A stretch of DNA of 64,000 nt from Thermoanaerobaculia bacterium (GTDB lineage: Bacteria > Acidobacteriota > Thermoanaerobaculia > Multivoradales > Multivoraceae): NCBI GenBank assembly GCA_963664405.1, contig OY761158.1, forward strand, positions 1,536,001 through 1,600,000, read 5' to 3'. The position numbers and the translations under genes are program-made. Shown here piece by piece: positions 59,793 through 64,000 of this stretch. Below the pieces are notes generated by a model. The model was not told the DNA's origin. It saw only the letters and a program-made list of their open reading frames with translations, and did not search any database. Positions within the stretch are counted from its first letter, which is position 1. Every line of letters begins with the position of its first letter.

Positions 59793-61856
59793 ATGAACCT
59801 CGCGCGGAGGCCGGCTGTGCCGGTCATCACGATCGCTGCGACACTCCTTCTCGCTGCCGTCAGCGCCGGCGAGAATGTCGACTGGCCGCGCTTCGGTAAC
59901 GATGGCGGCAACGGGAAATACTCCACCCTCGACCAGATCGACGCCGACAACTTCGACCAGGTCGAGGTGGTCTGGACCTGGGAATCGGTCGACGCTCAAC
60001 TCGAGGACCGGGTTGAAGGCGCGCAGAAAGGCGGCGTAGCGCGCCCCGATCCGGAAGACGGGTTCGCCCTCGCCAACGCCGCGGAGAACGGACTGCCCAC
60101 GCAGGTTCGTCCGGGACCTTTCAAAGCCATTCCGGTGGTGATCGACGGGCGAATGTACGTGAGCACCGCTCTCGGACAGGTTGCGGCGATCGACGCGGCC
60201 TCCGGCGAGCCGCTGTGGAGCTACGATCCCCAGAGCTGGGAGGCCGGGCGACCGGCGAATATGGGCTTTCAGCATCGAGGCGTGGCCTACTGGCAGCGGG
60301 GCGACAAGAAGCGCGTGTTGATGCCGACGCACGACCGCCGCCTGCTTTCGCTCGACGCCATGACCGGCAAGCCGGACCCCGACTTCGGCAGATACGGCGC
60401 GGTGGCGATGACCAAGGATCTCGGTCGCGACATCACCGAGTCGAGGACGACCCACAGCTCGCCGCCCTCGCTGTGTCGTGACCGGGTGATCGTCGGCTCG
60501 ATCGTGTCCGATATTCCAAGCTACAAAGAAGCGCCCCCGGGGCATGTGCGCGCCTACCATGTCGAGAGTGGCGAGTTGGCGTGGGTCTTCCACACCATCC
60601 CCCAGCCGGGTGAAGAAGGCCATGAGACCTGGGAGGAGGGTTCGTGGAAGTACACAGGCGCCACCAACGTGTGGTCCCTGATCTCGGTGGATGAAGAGCT
60701 CGGCCTCGCCTATCTTCCGATCTCGACGCCGACCAACGACCTCTACGGCGGCCACCGCCTGGGAGATAACCTGTTCGCCGAGAGTCTGGTAGCCGTCGAT
60801 TGCGAGACCGGAGAGAAGCGCTGGCACTTCCAGATGGTGCACCACGGCCTGTGGGACTACGATCTGCCGACGGCGCCGACCCGGATCGATGTGAAGGTCG
60901 GGGACAAGCTGGTCAAGGCGGTGGCGCAGCCGACCAAGCAGGCCTTCCTCTTTGTTTTCGACGCCGAGACCGGCGAGCCGCTGTGGCCAATCGAAGAGAA
61001 GCCGGTGCAGACAGGGACGGTGCCGGGAGATCGCGCCTCACCGACCCAGCCCTTCCCCACCAAGCCGGCGGCCTACGACTACCAGGGGATCTCCGAAGAC
61101 GATCTCATCGACTTTTTGCCGGAGCTTCGCCGCGAGGCACTGGAGATCGCGGCCGACTACGAGCTGGTGCCGCTCTACACGCCCCCGCGTCTGGAGGGTG
61201 AGGGCAAACCGACGATTCAGCTCCCTGCCGATGGCGGGGGTACCAACTGGACCGGCGCCGCCGTCGATCCCGAGAGCGGCCTGATCTATGTGCCGTCCCT
61301 CACTCGACCGGTTACCGTCTCGCTGACCACGCCGGACCCCAATCGCTCGAATATGCGCTACACGCCGAGCCGCTGGTACGACGGCGTCCAAGGTCCCCGT
61401 GGCTTGCCGCTGGTGAAGCCGCCCTACGGCCGGATCACCGCCATCGATCTCGCCACCGGCGAGCATGCCTGGGTGGCGGCGCACGGGGAGGGGCCGCGCA
61501 ACCACCCCGCGCTCCGGGAGCTCGGTCTCGGTCGACTCGGTGCGACGAATCACACTGCGGCACCGCTGGTCACCAAGACCCTCCTCTTCGTCACCCTGCG
61601 GGCTGAGAACACGACCGGCGGCAGCCGGCGGGAACCCGATCGACCGGCCGAGATCAGTGTCTACGACAAGAAGAGCGGCGCCTACCTCGGTGGCATCGAG
61701 CTCCCGGACTCGCCCAAGTCGAACCTCATCACCTACGAAGTGGATGGCCGGCAGTATCTCGCCGTCAGCGTCGGTGGGGGGCGCTCGACGATCGGCGGCG
61801 GCGGAACCCCGGCCCGGGTCGTCGCCCTGGCACTCCGTTCGCCGGGAGCCCCGTGA
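59793..61856 (+). CDS. PQQ-dependent (glucose/quinate-type) dehydrogenase, soluble
   Basis: DWPRFGND...YSTLDQI; HRGVAYW; WVFHTIP; HHGLWDYD; WPIEE; PTQPFP; KPPYGRITAIDL; DGRQYLAV. Confidence 0.92.
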   Translation: MNLARRPAVPVITIAATLLLAAVSAGENVDWPRFGNDGGNGKYSTLDQIDADNFDQVEVVWTWESVDAQLEDRVEGAQKGGVARPDPEDGFALANAAENGLPTQVRPGPFKAIPVVIDGRMYVSTALGQVAAIDAASGEPLWSYDPQSWEAGRPANMGFQHRGVAYWQRGDKKRVLMPTHDRRLLSLDAMTGKPDPDFGRYGAVAMTKDLGRDITESRTTHSSPPSLCRDRVIVGSIVSDIPSYKEAPPGHVRAYHVESGELAWVFHTIPQPGEEGHETWEEGSWKYTGATNVWSLISVDEELGLAYLPISTPTNDLYGGHRLGDNLFAESLVAVDCETGEKRWHFQMVHHGLWDYDLPTAPTRIDVKVGDKLVKAVAQPTKQAFLFVFDAETGEPLWPIEEKPVQTGTVPGDRASPTQPFPTKPAAYDYQGISEDDLIDFLPELRREALEIAADYELVPLYTPPRLEGEGKPTIQLPADGGGTNWTGAAVDPESGLIYVPSLTRPVTVSLTTPDPNRSNMRYTPSRWYDGVQGPRGLPLVKPPYGRITAIDLATGEHAWVAAHGEGPRNHPALRELGLGRLGATNHTAAPLVTKTLLFVTLRAENTTGGSRREPDRPAEISVYDKKSGAYLGGIELPDSPKSNLITYEVDGRQYLAVSVGGGRSTIGGGGTPARVVALALRSPGAP

Positions 61857-61872
61857 TATAAGCGTCGCTACC

Positions 61873-63837
61873 GTGCCCCCCCTCAAGACCCTGCTATTCG
61901 CCTCCTGCGCCGCATCGCTGCTCCTCGCCGCCGTGGCGACGCCTGCCGATACCGACTGGCCCCACTTCGGCAACGACGCCGGCAATACGAAGTACTCACC
62001 GCTCGACCAGATCGACGCCGACAACTTCGACCGCGTCGAGGTGGTCTGGACCTGGGATTCGGTCGACGGTCAGCTCAAAGACCTGCCAAGCGCCGTACGC
62101 CCAGGGCCTTTCAGACCGATCCCGGTGGTGATCGACGGACGTATGTACGTGAGCACCGCGCTCGGCCAGGTAGCAGCGATCGACGCCACCAGCGGCGAGC
62201 AGCTGTGGAGCTACGACCCGCAGAGCTGGGAGGCGGGGCGGCCGGCGAATATGGGCTTTCAGCATCGCGGAGTGGCGGTCTGGCACAAGGGCGAGAGACA
62301 ACGAGTGATGATGGCGACCCACGACCGGCGCCTGCTCTCGCTCGACGCCATGACCGGCAAGCCCGATCCGGCCTTCGGCAAGTACGGCGCGGTGGAGATG
62401 ACCAAGGATCTGGGGCGCAAGATCCTCGAGTCGCGCACTACACACAGCTCGCCGCCGGCGATCTGTCGCGACACCGTGATCGTCGGCTCGATCGTTGCCG
62501 ATATGGCCACGCATCAAGAGGCACCGCCCGGTTTCGTGCGCGCCTATGATGCCGAGAGCGGCGCCCTGGCGTGGGTCTTTCACACCATCCCCCAGCAGGG
62601 AGAGGAGGGCACAGAGACCTGGGAGAACGAGTCCTGGCGCTACAGTGGCAACACCAATGTGTGGTCGATGATCACCGTCGACGAGGAGCTCGGCCTCGCC
62701 TATCTTCCGATCGGCACGCCGTCGAGTGACCTCTATGGCGGTCATCGCCTCGGCGACAACCTCTACGCCGAGAGCCTGGTGGCGGTCGACTGCGAGACCG
62801 GCGAGAAGCGCTGGCACTTCCAGATCGTGCACCACGGCCTCTGGGACTATGACCTGCCACCGCCGCCGAACAGGATCGACCTCGTGGTGGGCGGCAAGCT
62901 CCGCAAGGTGGTGGCGCAAGCCAGCAAGCAGGCCTTCCTCTTCGTCCTCGATGCCATGACGGGAGAGCCGCTGTGGCCGATCGAAGAGCGTCCCGTGCCG
63001 CCGAGCCAGGTGCCGGGGGATCGTGCCTCGCCGACCCAGCCTTTCCCCACCAAGCCCGCCGCCTACGATCGCCAGGGCATCAGCACCGATGATCTGATCG
63101 ACTTCACGGCCCAGCTTCGGAAAGAGGCCCTCGAGATCGCGAGTGCGTACGAGCTGGCGCCACTGTACACACCGCCTCGCGTCACGGGCGAAGGTAAGCC
63201 GGTGATCCAACTACCCAGTGAGTGGGGCGGCACCAACTGGACCGGCACCGCAGTCGACCCCGAAACCGGCATGATCTACGTGCCTTCCCAGACCAGGCCG
63301 GTATCCGTCTCGCTCACCCTGCCCGACCCCAATCGCTCGAATCTACGCTACGTGCCGGACGGCTGGTACGAGCGAGTCGAGGGTCCGCGTGGTCTGCCGC
63401 TGGTCAAACCGCCCTACGGACGCGTCACCGCGATCGATCTCGCGACCGGCGAGCACGTCTGGGTAGCGGCCCACGGTGAGGGGCCGCGCAACCATCCGAC
63501 GATCAAGCACTTGGGCCTGGATCGGCTGGGCTCCCCGAACCACGTAGCAGCGCCGCTGGTGACCAAGACTCTGTTGTTCGTCACCCATCGTGCCGAGAAC
63601 ACCACCGGCGCCGATCCCACCACCACGGATCGACCGGCCGAGATCAGCGTTTACGACAAGAAGACCGGGGCCTACCTCGGCGGCATCGAGCTTCCCGATT
63701 CGCCCAATTCGAACCTCATCACCTACGAAGTCGACGGTCGTCAGTATCTCGCAGTGAGCGTCGGCGGCGGAAGCGACCCGGGCGAGAGCGACGACACTCC
63801 GACGGGCGTCGTTGCGCTCGCGCTCGCCCCACTCTAG
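61873..63837 (+). CDS. PQQ-dependent dehydrogenase, tandem paralog
   Basis: Same motifs; near-identical stretches to the upstream gene; start GTG 61873 with signal peptide. Confidence 0.92.
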   Translation: MPPLKTLLFASCAASLLLAAVATPADTDWPHFGNDAGNTKYSPLDQIDADNFDRVEVVWTWDSVDGQLKDLPSAVRPGPFRPIPVVIDGRMYVSTALGQVAAIDATSGEQLWSYDPQSWEAGRPANMGFQHRGVAVWHKGERQRVMMATHDRRLLSLDAMTGKPDPAFGKYGAVEMTKDLGRKILESRTTHSSPPAICRDTVIVGSIVADMATHQEAPPGFVRAYDAESGALAWVFHTIPQQGEEGTETWENESWRYSGNTNVWSMITVDEELGLAYLPIGTPSSDLYGGHRLGDNLYAESLVAVDCETGEKRWHFQIVHHGLWDYDLPPPPNRIDLVVGGKLRKVVAQASKQAFLFVLDAMTGEPLWPIEERPVPPSQVPGDRASPTQPFPTKPAAYDRQGISTDDLIDFTAQLRKEALEIASAYELAPLYTPPRVTGEGKPVIQLPSEWGGTNWTGTAVDPETGMIYVPSQTRPVSVSLTLPDPNRSNLRYVPDGWYERVEGPRGLPLVKPPYGRVTAIDLATGEHVWVAAHGEGPRNHPTIKHLGLDRLGSPNHVAAPLVTKTLLFVTHRAENTTGADPTTTDRPAEISVYDKKTGAYLGGIELPDSPNSNLITYEVDGRQYLAVSVGGGSDPGESDDTPTGVVALALAPL

Positions 63838-63879
63838 GCAGGTAGGTTTACAATCGGGTCAACGATAGGAGAACGAGAG

Positions 63880-64000
63880 ATGAGCAAAAAACAAACGCGA
63901 CGGGAGTTCCTCCAGCAATCTTCTCGGCTTGTCGCCGGCACGGCGCTGGCCGGGCAGGTTGCGACGGGCGTCGAGGCACAAGAGGAGCGCCCGCCCAACA
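63880..64000 (+). CDS. Tat-exported protein, N-terminus only (possibly a sulfatase)
   Basis: AGGAG RBS; MSKKQTRREFLQ...EAQEERPPN; the PN start resembles the sulfatase RPNI motif but the window ends. Confidence 0.6.
   Translation, partial: MSKKQTRREFLQQSSRLVAGTALAGQVATGVEAQEERPPN

Overview
High-GC bacterial window, probably Acidobacteriota (inferred from an orphan duplicated ADOP-type ABC permease and acidobacterial-type IS cargo). It is rich in secreted or periplasmic hydrolases, PHP/DUF3604-like metallohydrolases and PQQ dehydrogenases, and carries ppc, uup and gtdA. Most notable: (1) a RiPP-like protein-modification locus at ~9.2-18.3 kb with an HprK-related kinase, a JmjC/cupin hydroxylase, a Tat-signal protein carrying a WxxP...LPAHAQ leader, a stand-alone PqqD/RRE, a nucleotidyltransferase and a GT39-like glycosyltransferase, but no lasso cyclase, protease or radical SAM enzyme; (2) a complete four-ORF IS21-family element (13038-16427, 5-bp AATGC target duplication) that splits the nucleotidyltransferase at its ELHW motif; (3) two probable selenoprotein genes broken by the ORF caller at in-frame UGA codons (deiodinase-like GSYTUPPF; redoxin UPYC fused to a DsbD-N-like domain), each followed by a SECIS-like hairpin; (4) a 165-bp palindromic CTAG-bounded MITE, a group II intron 5' remnant, a decayed TGT...ACA-bounded IS, three toxin-antitoxin pairs and several deleted or frameshifted genes. 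No rRNA, tRNA or CRISPR array was seen. All family assignments come from motif recognition by eye, not database searches.
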